DNA of 64,000 nt, taken from the NCBI RefSeq assembly GCF_963921235.1, contig NC_086100.1:199890001-199954000 (forward strand). Direction: 5' to 3'. Below the pieces are notes generated by a model. It did no database searches and was not told where the DNA came from. It saw only the letters and a program-made list of their open reading frames with translations. Shown in pieces: positions 12,003 to 24,149 of the stretch. The DNA comes from Mobula hypostoma. Its lineage: Eukaryota. Numbering within the stretch: the first letter of the stretch is position 1; the number at the start of each line of letters is the position of its first letter. Both the position numbers and the translations under genes were made by a program.

Positions 12003-12623
12003 GGCTCCAAAGGTAGTCATCGCCGAAGGGTGGTAGTGGGGACGAGCTCCTCACTACTAAACAAATGCTCTTCATGGCGGGCGTCTCAAACAGCCTCTGA
12101 CAACCAAGTCCAACTCCTGGCCTTCACGTGTGGCATAGTTCTCATGCCCGGCGGAGCTGTTCTCACTGACAGGAGAAGGGGCAAAGGCAGGCCACTGGCG
12201 CCTTAAAACCAGTTGCTCTGGGCAGATGGGGCTCAGTAACCACGGATGGTAGCTCATCTCGGAGAGGGAAACTCCGATTTCAAACCTCCGCTGCCTTGCC
12301 ACTATACCCGCTCACGGGAAAGGCTTCGGGAGTAAATCCCGAGGAAAAATCCGGAGTCGGAGTCCCGTGGGCGGCTGACTGCTGTACCCAGCACCGGCAA
12401 GGCAACTCCTGCGATGCTGCTGGAACCAAACCGTACCGACTCTCGTTGTTCCTGTGGACCTGTCATCAGCATGGAGAGGGGGTCCCACTTCATGGGCAAC
12501 AGACAGATCTCCACATCAACTCTGCCCTGGCTTGTACCCTGGAGAGGCCACTCCCAGTGACCACCAGAGGCGCAGTTCCTATGGTCGACCACGACCGATG
12601 GAGGCAACACACACACGCATGTA
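12003..12623 (+). mobile_element. Non-autonomous RTE-related retroposon (non-coding)
   Basis: 12-bp TSD attaatttactt (11991-12002, 12624-12635); (CA)n tail; RTE 5'UTR-like ggagagggaaactccgatttcaaacc; 3' part homologous to the SINE at 36047. Confidence 0.65.
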
Positions 12624-12744
12624 ATTAATTTACTTACTTATTATTATTATTATTTGTAATTTATTCTATTTTTTTCTTTTTCTATATTATGTTTTGCATT
12701 GAACTGCTGCTGCTAAGTTTACAAATTCCAGGACACATCTGTTC

Positions 12745-13245
12745 CTGATTCATGGACCGTTCAGAAATTTGATGGCAGAGGGAAAGAAGCTGTTCCTAAA
12801 ACATTGAGTGTAGGTCTTAAGGCTCCTGTACCTCCTGCCTGATGGTGGTAATGTGAAGACGAGCCCTTAATGGTGGATGCTCCCTTCTTGAATCATCACC
12901 TTTTGAAGATGTTCCTGATGGAGGGAGGCTGGTTCCCATGTGGGGCTGGTGAGTTTACAATGTTCTGCAGCTTTTTCCAAACCTGGTCATTGGCCTCTCC
13001 ATACTAGGTCGTGATACAACCAGTCGTAATGTTCTCCAGGGTACATCTGTGGAAATTTGGTAGAATCTTTGGAGACAAAACAAGTTTCCTCAAACTCCTA
13101 ATGAAATATAGTCACTAACGTGCTTTCCTCATAGTTGCATCAATATGTTAGGCCAAGGGTAAATCCTCTGACACGTTGACAAACAGGAACTTGAGACTGC
13201 TCACCCTTTCCAATGCTGATCCCTCAGTAAGGATTGGTGTGTGTT
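12745..13245 (-). mobile_element. Degenerate Rex1/Babar-like 3' fragment
   Basis: gatggcagagggaaagaagctgttcct..cctgtacctcctgcctgatgg is the reverse of the 11730-11810 motif. Confidence 0.65.
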
Positions 13246-13249
13246 AACA

Positions 13250-15600
13250 CCACAAGACCTTAAGACAGACCAGCACAATTAGGCCATTCAGCCCATTGAG
13301 ACTTATCAACCATTCCATCATGGCTTATTTATTAACTCTGTAAACCCCATTCTCCTGCCTTCTTCCCGCAACCATTCATACCCTGACTGATCAAGAACCT
13401 ATCAATCTCCACTTTAAATATACAAAATGACTTGACCTCCACAGCCATGTGTGACAAAGAATTCCAACAGATTTGTCAGGCAAGACTTTCCCTTGAGGAA
13501 ACCATGCGGACTATGGCCTATTTTGTCATGTGCCTTCAAGTACCCCAAAACCACATCCTTAAAAAAATGACTGCAATGTCTTCACAATTACTGAGGTCAG
13601 TCAAACTAGCCTATAATTTCCTTTTTTCTGCCTCACTCCTTTCCTGAAGAATGTAACGACATTTGCAATGTTCCATTCCTCTGGAAGCATGCCAGAATCA
13701 ATTGATTCTTGAAAGATCACTACCAATGCCACCATAATCTCTTCAGTCACCTCTTTCAGAACCCTGGGGTGTATTCCATCTGGTCTAGCTGACTTAACTG
13801 CCTTCAGACTTTTCTGTTTCCCAAGAACCTTCTCCCTAATAATGGCAACATCACACACTTCAGCCCCCGACACATTCGAACTTCCAGCATACTGCTAGTG
13901 TCTTCCACAGTGAAGACAGATGCAAAATACTTCTTCAGTTCATTCACCATTTTCTTGTCCCCCTCTCTCTCCAGTATCATTTTCCAGCAATCTGATATCT
14001 ACTCTTACCTCTCTGTTACACTTTACGTATCTGAAGAAACTTTTGGTATCCTCTTTAATATTATTAGCCACCTTACCTTCATATTCCATCTTTTCCTTCT
14101 TTGCGACTTTAAGTTGGCTTTTAAAAGTTTCCCAATCCTCTAACTTCCCACTGATTTTTGGTTTTAACTTAACTTGTCATTCATGGTTATGTCATCCTGC
14201 CTTTAGAATACTTCTTCCCTTTGGGAAGGAATCCTGAAGCTTCCAACTTGCTCCCAAAAATTCCAACAGCAGCTGTTCTGCCGTCAACCCTGCCAGTGTT
14301 CCTTTTTCCAATCAATTTTGGCCAGATCCTCTCTCATGCCTCTATAATTCCTTTTACTCCACAGTAATAATGATACATCTGCCATTAGCTTCTCCTTCTC
14401 AAATTGCAAGGTGATTTCTGTCATATTGTGATCACTGGCTCCTGAGGGTTCCTTTGCCTGAAGCTTTCTAATCCTGGTTCATTGCACAACACCCAGTCCA
14501 GAACAGCTTATCTCCTAGTGGGCTCAACTATGAGCTGGTTAAAAAGCCATCTCATACATACTCTAGAAATTCCCCCTCTTGGGATCCTGCATCAATCTGA
14601 TTTTCTCAATCTACCTACATATTGAAATCCCCAATGACGATCATAACATTGCATTATTAGCATGCATTTTGTACTTCACATTGAAATGTGTAAACCATAT
14701 TTTTACTACTGTTTGAGGGTCTGCATATAACTCCTGTCAGAGTCTTTCTACCCTGTCCATTCCTTAACTCTACCCACAGCGATTCAACATTTCTGACCCT
14801 AAGTCACCTCTTTCCAATGATGTGATATTTCTTTTTTACCAACTGAGCAAAGCCACCCCCTCTGCCTACCCACCTCTCCATTCGATACAATGTGTATTTT
14901 CCCTCCTCCTCCTGACAATCACCCAGGTACCTGCTTCCTGCAACTCAGGGGTCCCTGCCTCCCTGTAGCTCCTGCCTGATTCTCCTGTATGAGCTGACTT
15001 CTCTGTGGATTGTCAGCTTGTGTGGTCCTGTGATCCTGAGAGCGATGCCGTCTGGAGCTACTTATGCTAGTAGGGTCACCCATGGCGGTAAGGTCGAGGG
15101 TGAGGTCCCTGACAAAGATCAATCCAACCAAGACCTCAACGGTGGAACAGGCGGACAAAGTTACTTCGAACTCAACAGCTGTGAAGGCAGAGGAAGGCTG
15201 CAACAAATCCACCAGCTCCAGTCATCGTGGTTTCCATGCCATGGAATCAGTTGGTTGATTTGTGAAGTATGGTGTGCTTCTTGGAGTGCAACATCAAGTA
15301 CACATTAAACAAACACACGCACGGGCGTCTTCACTCTGTGGGCCACTTCTACAGAATGAAGACCATTATCCTTGACCTCGAGGGATAGCCATGATGACGA
15401 CGATGAGCTGAAGGTCATCGAACTGTAGCTCCAGTTCGTCAACACATTTTCTGAGGAGCTGCAGCTCGGTGCACCTGGTGCAGATGTGGTTATCTGTGAG
15501 AACGGAGGTCTCCCATATCTCACACACAGAACAAAACACTGTCTCTGGAGCCATTCTCTCAGCACTACTGTGTCCTAACAGACGAGGAATGAACAATTAA
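13250..15600 (-). mobile_element. Internally deleted CR1 (subfamily C): ORF1 N-terminus, endonuclease, RT pieces, 3' UTR
   Basis: ORF1 zinc-finger/leucine-zipper MAPETVFCSVCEIW..HICTRCTELQLL..VDELELQ; PDGIHPRVLKE; NYRLV. Confidence 0.8.
14998..15402 (+). mobile_element. Short RTE-derived element inserted in CR1 ORF1
   Basis: 9-bp TSD atgagctga (14989-97, 15403-11); (GAT/GAC)n tail; 5' gagcgatgccgt..tagggtcacccatggcgg..ggtc..ctgacaaag resembles RTE (BovB/Rex3) 5' UTRs as recalled. Confidence 0.6.
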
Positions 15601-15624
15601 GAAGAAAAGGAGAAACTCAACAGA

Positions 15625-16075
15625 TGCAACACAAACAAAATGCTGGAGGAACTCAGCAGGCCAGGCAGCATCGATGGAAAAGCATACAGTTGATGTTTCT
15701 GGCCAAAACCGTTCGGCAGGACTGAAGTAAAAAAGCTGAGGAGTAGATTAGAAAGGTGGGGAAGGGAGAGAGAAACACCAGATTATAGGCAAAACCTGGA
15801 GGGGGAGGGATGACGTCACGAGCTTGGAAGTTGATAGGTGAGAGAGACTGAAGGCCATGGAAGAAAGAAAAGGGGGTGATGGGTGAGCAAGGAGATAAGG
15901 TGAGAGAGGGAAAAGGGGATGAGAAATGGTGAAGGGTGGGGTTGGGGGTCATTACCGGAAGTTTCAGAAATCGATGTTCATGCCATCAGGTTGGAGGCTA
16001 ACCAAATGGAATATAAAGTGCTGGTCCTCCAGCCTAAGTGTGGCCTCATCACAACGGTGAAGGAGGCCATGATGC
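15625..16075 (-). mobile_element. Older Penelope-like 3' fragment with decayed hammerhead
   Basis: RPHLG..LYSIWLASNLMA region matches the GIY-YIG end; minus-strand agtcctgccgaacgg..ccagaaacatcaact. Confidence 0.8.
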
Positions 16076-16213
16076 TTAACATGGCCTCCTCCAACTGAAC
16101 AGATGCTGACCATATCCAAGTCCGATGAGCCAAAGCCACTCTGAACACTGACCCACTCACAATAATGGCCGCTCTGCTTGTGCTTGAATTATTTTCATTC
16201 ACCCTCTCTTATG

Positions 16214-17063
16214 TGTTACGTACCCCGTAACTGGGTTGCCAAACCAGCAGAAATGGATCACTCAGTTGGAGTCTGGAGTACTAGAACTAAGAAAGTTTTA
16301 TTAAAGAAACAAGCAACACAGTAATCGAAAGGATAATAAATGCAACAGTTCAGCAATGATAACCACACATGTGCACAGAATTAAGATAACAGCATCAATC
16401 AAGCTCTATCGTTGTCTAGGGGTAAATGACCAAATTTCAAAGTGACTCAAAGTTCAGTCCAGTTAGTAGTTCAGTTCGCAGTGATCGTTGCCATGGCGAT
16501 GGACAAGGTGGGGAAAGAGAGAGATAGAACAGGAACAACTGATCATTCAGAACGGCTTCACTCACAGACCAGCGAGATGGCTCACAAACAGCTTTTGGGT
16601 GGGTCCTTGGTGATGTCACCTGAGGTCACCGACTGTGACCCCTCCTCCAGATGCGGTCGATCCTCTGCAGTGAACCCGGCACCCAGGCAAGGGCGGACAC
16701 ACACCGGGTTCCCGCTGATCATACCTTTCCACCCTGGTTGTTGTCTGGTACTTCTCACCCACTCGTGAGAGGCGCACCGCTTCCAGGGTCTCGTTACCTC
16801 GGGTGGCGTGTGTGTCCTGTCTTAGCGAACCGGTCCCTTTTTATCCCCCTGCTGGGGTATCGCCTGTCCATCACTTCAAACAGTTCAGGGTTCAAAGGGG
16901 GAGCCGCTCCAGACAGCTCTTTCTCTCCCACGTCCCTTCATTACACATCTCCAGACACTGCTCCATTGTTCCTTATCTCTCCTTCCCCTGAGGGCAGGTG
17001 GCAGACCACTTGCTGATAACCCAGGCCAGCAAACATCTTAATTTTATGTGTATTCTCGTCACA
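16214..17063 (-). mobile_element. Solo LTR (~850 bp)
   Basis: TGTTACG...CGTCACA termini; TATG TSD on both sides (16210-13, 17064-67); AATAAA on the minus strand near 16296-16302. Confidence 0.8.
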
Positions 17064-17179
17064 TATGAATCCCGCTGAGTGATGAGTTACAGTCCAACTC
17101 TGAGACACTGCCATGAAGTTCTGCCTTGTGAATCTTGAGAGTGGACCTGATTGAAAAGATAACTCTCTTCTCGTGCTCC

Positions 17180-17380
17180 CTCTCTTAGAAGTTTGTGAAG
17201 TTTTGGCCTGTCATATAAAACTTTGACACACTTCCATTGATTTGTGGTGGAGAGTATATTGACTGGTTGAATTATGGCTTGGTATGGGAACACCAAAGCC
17301 TTTGAATGGAAAGGTCCACAAAAAGCCGTAGACATGGCCAAACCCATTACGGGTACAGTGTGTGTGTCCCACACCATGAA
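17180..17380 (+). mobile_element. Rex1/Babar-like fragment
   Basis: VESILTG..MAWYGN..QKAVDMAKPITG. Confidence 0.6.
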
Positions 17381-17519
17381 TATTCGGCTAACAGCAGCAT
17401 CGACAGGAAACTGCAGACACTGGAAATCTGAGGTAAAATTGGAAACTGCTGCTCAGACTCACCAGGTCGGGCAGCATCTGCAGAGAGAGAAACAAAGATT
17501 GTGATTCAAGTCAGTGACT

Positions 17520-19320
17520 CTCAGTCAGTGCTGGAGATGGAGAGGATTGAATCAGGGAACAGACGTGGGGAGACGGGGATAAGGAGTGAGTAAGAAAGAG
17601 ATGGTGAGAGAGGGCTGGGGTGTGGTGTGTAATGGGAGTGGGGCAGAGGCTGGTCGAGAGGGATGGGTGAGTTGGGGGGGGTAGAGGGGGTGAGGAGAGA
17701 AATGAGCACTGAGTAGCCGGGCGAAGCAGAGTTGGTCTTGGGTGGGCAGAGAGAGGTGGGTGGGTGGGGAGAGGAGAGAGCAGGATGGATGAATGAGGAG
17801 TGGGGAGAGAATGATGGGTGGGTAGTGAGGGGTGGGGTGAGGGGAAAGAGGTGGTTGGGAGGGATAGGAGAGATAGATGTAGGTGGGTGGGAAGTGGGGA
17901 GTGAGAGATTAGGGAGTAGGGAGAGAGAGATGGCTGGGTGGGGAGTGGGGAATGAGATGGGTGGGTGAGGAGAAGGGATAGACAGGTGGATGTGTGTAGA
18001 GTGGGGAGAGATGTGTGTGGGGAGTGGGGATAGGGGAGAGTGGTGGGTGGGCTGAGTGGGAGAGAGAGATGGGTGGGCAGCAGGGAGAGAGGTGCGTAGG
18101 GGAGAGGGAACAGACAGGTGTGGGTGGGGAGAGGGGAGGAATTGTGGATGGTTGGTGAGTGGGGACAGGGAGGTGTGTAGGTGAGTAGTGGGGTAAGAGA
18201 AGTGGGTGGGTGGGGAGTGTGAAGAGAGGTGTGTAGGTGGGGAGTGGGGTGAGAGATGTGGGTGGGTAGGGAGTGTGAAGAGTGGTGGGTGGGTTAGGAA
18301 TAGGGAGGGAGAGGAGGGTAGGGAGAGAGAGAGAGATGATTGGGTGATTAGTGAGGGTGGGGAAAGAGGCGTGGATGGGTGGGAAGTACGGAGAGAGGTG
18401 ATTGGGTTGGTAATGGGGAGAGAGAAGTGGGTGGGTGGGGAGTGGGGAGAGAGAGGTGAGTGGAGAGAGACGAGTGTGGGTGGAGGGTTAGGAGTGAGAG
18501 ATGTCGATAGGATTTGGGCTGTTCATTGGGATCAGTACGGACAGGTAGTTACCGGTTAGCATGAATATGTTGGGCCAAATGTCTGTTTGACTCCATACAA
18601 ATAATCACATGATTTCTTTGAAAAGAAAGGTTTGAAAGTAAAAACTCTGAATCTCTCTGTAAACCAGGGTACAGTAACAGCACTATCAGCAGAAGTCACA
18701 CTGAGAGTCTGATGTGGGCAGAGAGAAGGGGGTGGGTGGGGAATAGGGAGAGAGTGGAGGGTTCATGGGCAATGAGGTCATTGCGGAGTGGAGAGGAGAG
18801 TGGGGGGAGTGGGGAGAGAGAGGTGGGTGGGGGGAGTGGGGAAAGAGAGGTGAGTAGGTGGGGAGTGGGGACAGAGAGGTAGGTGGGTGAGGAGTGGGGA
18901 GAGAGGTGGGTGGGTCAGGAATGGAGAGGGAGAGGACGGTAGGGAGAGAGATGGTTGGGTGAGTAGTGGGGAGTGTGAAGTGTGGAGAGAGAGGTGGGTG
19001 GGAAGTTGGAGAGAGGTGGGAGGGAAGTGGGGTGAGAGGGAGGGGGTAGGGAATGGGGTGTGGGAAGATAGAGGTGAGTAGGTGGGGAGTGGGGAGAGAG
19101 GAGACTCGGTGGGGAGTGGGGAGAGAGAGATGATTGGGTGAGTAGTGGGGAGTGTAAAGTGTGGAGAGAGAGGTGGGTGGGGTAGGGAGAGGGAGAGAGG
19201 GGTGGGTGGGAAGTGGGGGGAGAGGGAGGGGTGGGTAGGGAGTGGGGTGTGGGAGGAGAGAAGTGGGTGAGTGTTGAGTCACGAGAAAGAGGTGGGTGGG
19301 TGGGGAGAGGGGAGTCAGAG
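17520..19320 (+). repeat. G/purine-rich low-complexity tracts (GGGTGGG/GGGAGA), two blocks
   Basis: Extreme G and A strand bias with very little C; the blocks are separated by a unique ~190-bp spacer. Confidence 0.9.
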
Positions 19321-19496
19321 ATGTCTTGAGGAGGGTTGCTGTTAATTGGGATCAGTACGGACAGGTAGTTACCGGTCAGCACGAATATGTTGGGATGAAG
19401 GTCTGTTTGGCTCCTTACAAACAGTCACATGATTTCTCTGAAGAGCAAAGGATGTGGTCTGGGTGGGTTTGAAAGTGAAAACTCTGAATCTCTCTA

Positions 19497-20125
19497 TGTA
19501 ACGCTCAGACTATCGGCTCGTGTTTATCCCGGGGAAACCCCGTCCGCCTGTCAAACCGTGTCTCACGTTTTGCGTAGTTGCTGTGTAATGCACCCTGGTT
19601 GAAGCTCACACATCAAATATCAGACAGCACACAATGTACGATTTACAGATCACAATTTATAGATCTTACTGAACTATGTAATTAATAGAGATACAATATA
19701 AAAGGAAAGTAAAAGGTGCCAAACTTATCAGAGTTCAACCACTTCGTGCACAACCGTTGGAGCTCAATGACCGGGGTCTTCTTTCCACCATTCGATCCCC
19801 TCCGACCTCCTCGACCCGCTGCTGCCTGGGACCAACCACGGTGGTCGACCAGAGCGCGTCCAGCACGTCCTTCCTCTTCGGTTCTCCTTCCGAAAACCCG
19901 CCAAACCACACGGTCCCCAGCCATATGAGACAGAATATCACCCACAAAACGAATAACATGGACACTCATTGGTTCATTTCTCCCTTATCAATAATATAAC
20001 CCAAACAAGCAGAGAGAGAGAACTCCTTACGTCGCGGTTATTATTACAGAAAAGCCATTTTATATAACATACAAAGAAGCCATTTTAGACACCTCAGCAG
20101 CCAGTGTAACCAAGACTCAGTTACA
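19497..20125 (-). repeat. 3' LTR
   Basis: tgtaacgctc...cagttaca; direct repeat of 30760-31376. Confidence 0.95.
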
Positions 20126-20140
20126 CTCTCCTCCCACCAA
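20126..20140 (-). promoter_or_regulatory. Polypurine tract
   Basis: Minus strand ttggtgggaggagag directly before the 3' LTR. Confidence 0.8.
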
Positions 20141-20807
20141 ATAAAGTCATGTCCTCATGACATTAAAGTTCACCAATCCTCCTTGCAAAACACAAAACCC
20201 AACCCAGGTGCATAAAGCAGTGACATAACTTCCCAGAGCGGTAGAGATCACACCCTGTTCTCCCGGAGCTACATAGGTCAACCTCTCCGAGGGGTTCCTA
20301 CTTCTCTGAGACCTCCGTACCTCCTCTGGCGACCCTTCCGGCTCAGACAACCCTGGAGACACCCCGGGTCTACCTGTTGAACCCTTGCCCGCTCCCTCAC
20401 TGAGACCCCTCGTCAACTCGGAGCCCTCTGTCTCGGGTTCTGGTTCCACCCTCTCTCCCTCCAAGACAGGCTGTATCCCAGGCTGCATCCCAGGCTGCCC
20501 CCTAACACCCTCCCTCCTCTCACCTATCTCAGTGGGAGAAGGGTCAGGAGCCTCTTCTCCCGGTACCAGGGAATTAACGTATGGAAGCAGTTACCACACA
20601 TCCGAATCACCATCTTCCAAATTAGTATTCCTTTCCGGGGCTGAGCCCAGCCCCGTCTCTTTCGCGGTGGGTTCTTCTCTCGCCTCGCGCCTCCGCAGGG
20701 TCCTCGTACTAGGCGTAAACTAGAATTCGGGCTCTTGGTCTACCTGCACCCCTTGACCCAGGGGCAATAGGTGGCTCCGATGATAGGCCCCCTCCCATCC
20801 TCTGGTC

Positions 20808-22003
20808 TCACCCGTAAACAGGGAGATTCGGCATCTGGCGCTCTACCACATAGGGGGTGGCTGCCCAGCGATCCGCCAACTTGTGCTTACCAGGTAGTCC
20901 TAAATTCCGTATGAGGACCCGGTCTCCCGACATAAGTTGGGCGAACTTCACTTTCTGATCATACCTCCTCTTATTCCCTTGATTCTGCTTGGTGGCTGCC
21001 GCCTCAGCCAACTCGTACGCCCTTTTCAACTCCCTCCTCATATCGGACACGTAATTCAGATAGGGCTTCGCAGGTATTTCACCCGCTTCAGTCCCAAAAC
21101 ACAGGTCAACGGACAACCTCGCTTTCCGCCCGAACATCAGATAATAAGGAAAGTACCTCGTAGCGTCATTGCAAGTACAATTGTAACAGTGAACCAAATG
21201 CCCGATGTGCTGACTCCACTTACTCTTCTGACCGATCTCCAGAGTCCCGAACATGTCCAACAGGGTCCGGTTAAACCTCTCGGGTTGAGGATCACCCTGC
21301 GGGTGATAGGGGGTGGTTCTGGATTTCTCAACCCCAAGCATACCCAGTAATTCATGTATAAGCCTGCTCTCGAACTCCCGTCCCTGATCACTATGGATCC
21401 ACTGGGGGAGGCCATAACGTACAAAATACTTCTCCCATAACACCTTCGCCACTGTAGTCGCTTTCTGGTCCTTAATGGGAAACGCGTGAGCATATCTAGT
21501 GTAGTGATCCGTGATGATTAAGACATTCGCGGTGTTGCTGGTGTCTGGCTCAATAGACAGGAAATCCATACACACCAGGTCCATGGGTCCCGCACTCTGC
21601 AAGTGGGATAACGGAGCCGCCTGCACAGGCAGGGTCTTCCTCCTGACGCAACGGCTACAGGTCTTACAGTATTCTTCAAACTCCCCCTCATCCGGGGCCA
21701 GTAAAACCGGTCCTTGACTAATCCATAGGTCTTTTCCAACCCCAATTGCCTGGAATCATCGTGTAGTGACTGGAGCACAGTCTTCCGATGCTGCTCAGGC
21801 AGGACCAGCTGGCAACGCCGGGGGTGGTCCGGGGGCGACGTGACCCGGTACAGGACGTGGTTCTTCAGCTTCAACCGAGGCCAATCCTTCAGTAGTAGGG
21901 GAACGGAGGCGTACTTCACCTTCTCTGCCTGAGCCATATCCCCCTGTTTAACCACGTACCAGATAGTGCCAATGCCCGGGTCATCACGCTGAGCCGCCCC
22001 CAC
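20808..22003 (-). pseudogene. Gypsy integrase (frameshifted)
   Basis: SLHD..RFYWPRM; MDFL, TDHYTRYA, HSDQGREFE, YHPQGDPQPERFNRT; KLADRWAATPY. Confidence 0.93.
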
Positions 22004-22014
22004 TTCCTGGGGGC

Positions 22015-23599
22015 TCAGCAGTCAAAATTACAGTAAATAGTGGGCAGCGCGTCATCATCAGCCCCCAATTGATCCACTGCCCAATCCGGCCCCAGCGGGA
22101 CTCCTGCTTCCCCGTCGCTCACAAATTGACACATGGCCTTCGCTCTCAGGGCAGGAACGCTCTCCCACTCCTCATCCGTGCCCGATTCCTCATGCACCCG
22201 ACGAGATAAAGCATCTGCATCGATGTTCCGGCTCCCCGGCCGGTACTTCAGGCTGAACTCATAGGCAGACAAGGCCGCCAACCACCGATGCCCTGTAGCG
22301 TCCAGTTTCACCGAGGTCAGAATATAAGTGAGAGGATTGTTGTCCGTCCTCACCTCAAACTTGACCCCGTATAGATAGTCACTCAACTTGTCCACCACCG
22401 CCCATTTCAGCGGCAGGAACTCCAACTTGTGAGTGGGATAGTTTCTCTCAGAAGGTGACAAACTTCGGCTGACAAACGCCACTGGCCTCAATCCGTTGCC
22501 CTGCTCCTTGGCTGGTTTCCGGGGGTTGACAAAAGCCAACACCGGGGCCTGTGTCAGCGCCCTTTTCAACGATTGGAACGCCTCCTCACATTGGGCATCC
22601 CACCTCGGTCCAAAGGGTTCTGACAGGTTCTGATATCCTCCTGCCTCCTGCCCTCTGTCTCCCTTCCTTTTCTTCCCCACGGGGAGATAGCCACACAAAA
22701 GCTGGTTCAATGGGTGACTCATTTTAGCGTATCCTTTCACGAATCACCGATAATACATCAGAACCCCAAAATGAGCGCAGGGCGCTCACCATCTGGGGTC
22801 TTGGCCAAGTGGTCACTGCGTCTATCTTAGCCAGATCTGTAGCCACTCCATCTCACGAGATTATGTGCCCGACATAGCCACCAGACGTCTTGCAGAACTG
22901 GCATTTGTCCAGAGAAAGTTTCAACCCTTCCTCCTTCAGCTGCCTCAACACCTTCAGCAGCCGTTCCTCATGTTCTTCCAAAGTAGATCCAAACATTATC
23001 ATGTCATCCAGATACACCAACACCTCGAGCAAGTTCATATCCCCCACTGTCCTCTCCATGAGCCACTGGAAGGTGGCTGGGGCCCCTGATATGCCTTGGG
23101 GAATTCGATCGAACTGAAAGAATCCCAGGGGATAGATGAAGGCCGTCTTCTCTTTATCGGCCTCATTCATTGGAATCTGGTAATACCCACTCCACAAATC
23201 CAATACACTAAACCACTGGGCCCCACTCAAACAGGCCAAGGCATCTTCAACCCTCGGGACCGTATACTGGTCAGGGACAGTGCGGCGGTTCAGGGTCCTA
23301 TAGTCCACGCACATGCATACCTTGCTATTTTTCTTCCTAGCCACTACTATGGGGGACGCATAGGGGCTCCGGGACTCCGCGATAATCCCTGCGTCTTTCA
23401 ACTGGCGCAAGTGCTGCCGCACATCTTCTACGTCAGCCGGGGCCAGTCGCCGTGACCTTTCTCTAAGCGTGGTGTCATTTGTCACCTGGATAGTGTGACG
23501 AGTGCTCTTGGAACAGCCCACATCAAACTCTCCCTGAGAAAAGACATCCCTTAGTTTCAGCATCTTCTCCACCAGCCTGCTCTTATACGCCGGTGGCAC
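22015..23599 (-). pseudogene. Gypsy reverse transcriptase / RNase H (frameshifted)
   Basis: SPYASPIV, VDYRTLN, LDLWSGYYQ, PQGISGAPATFQ, YLDD; AFVSRSL..ERNY..KLEF, TDNNPL, NIDADALSR. Confidence 0.93.
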
Positions 23600-24149
23600 A
23601 GGGGAGTCCTCATAATTAAAGGCCTCCTCGGATAGCCGCCCCCCCGTTCTCCAATAGTTTTCCTCCAGTGGGCCTCACGGGGGCGCTGGACATCATCGTG
23701 ACCGGGAACAAGTGCGCGAGGGGCATCCCGCGCTGAAAGGTGATCTCCCTCTCTGTCGTATTCCTTACAATCACGCCCATCCAGCGTGCCTGTACAGCCG
23801 AGGGCCTCTGCAATTCAGGTCTCACAAGCACCCCAGCTGTGAACTGGGACCCCCTTTCAAATCTTCTGGTGCGTCTACTAATAGGGCCTCGCCCGCTGGT
23901 ACTCCGGGGAATCTGGGGGTCCCCATCACTAGTGCCACCTCCCCTGGCCGTACCACTTTAGGCTTCGCCTGAGTACACCACATTGTCCCTCCAGGCCCCT
24001 GTGGCCACCTGCTTCCTTGAACACAGCTCAAACCACTGGGTGTACCAAGAAGGTCTCCAGAAAGTTCTCCCCACCTTCTCCTTACAGGCTCCCAGAAGCC
24101 ATCGCACGAGAGGGGAGTCAGTCCCCACCAGAAGGGCAGTGCCACGTTT

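Noticed and set aside
17520..19320. Immunoglobulin switch-like region or Ig/TCR segments
   Set aside because: I saw no V/J/C coding segments or heptamer-nonamer RSS pairs.
17732..19382. Gly/Glu/Trp-rich and Pro/Ser/His-rich ORFs
   Set aside because: Low-complexity translations of the G-rich tract.
19735..19965. Hydrophobic small ORF in LTRs (also 10959..11228)
   Set aside because: The similarity is explained by LTR nucleotide homology; downstream frames diverge and the 5' LTR copy shows no matching ORF.
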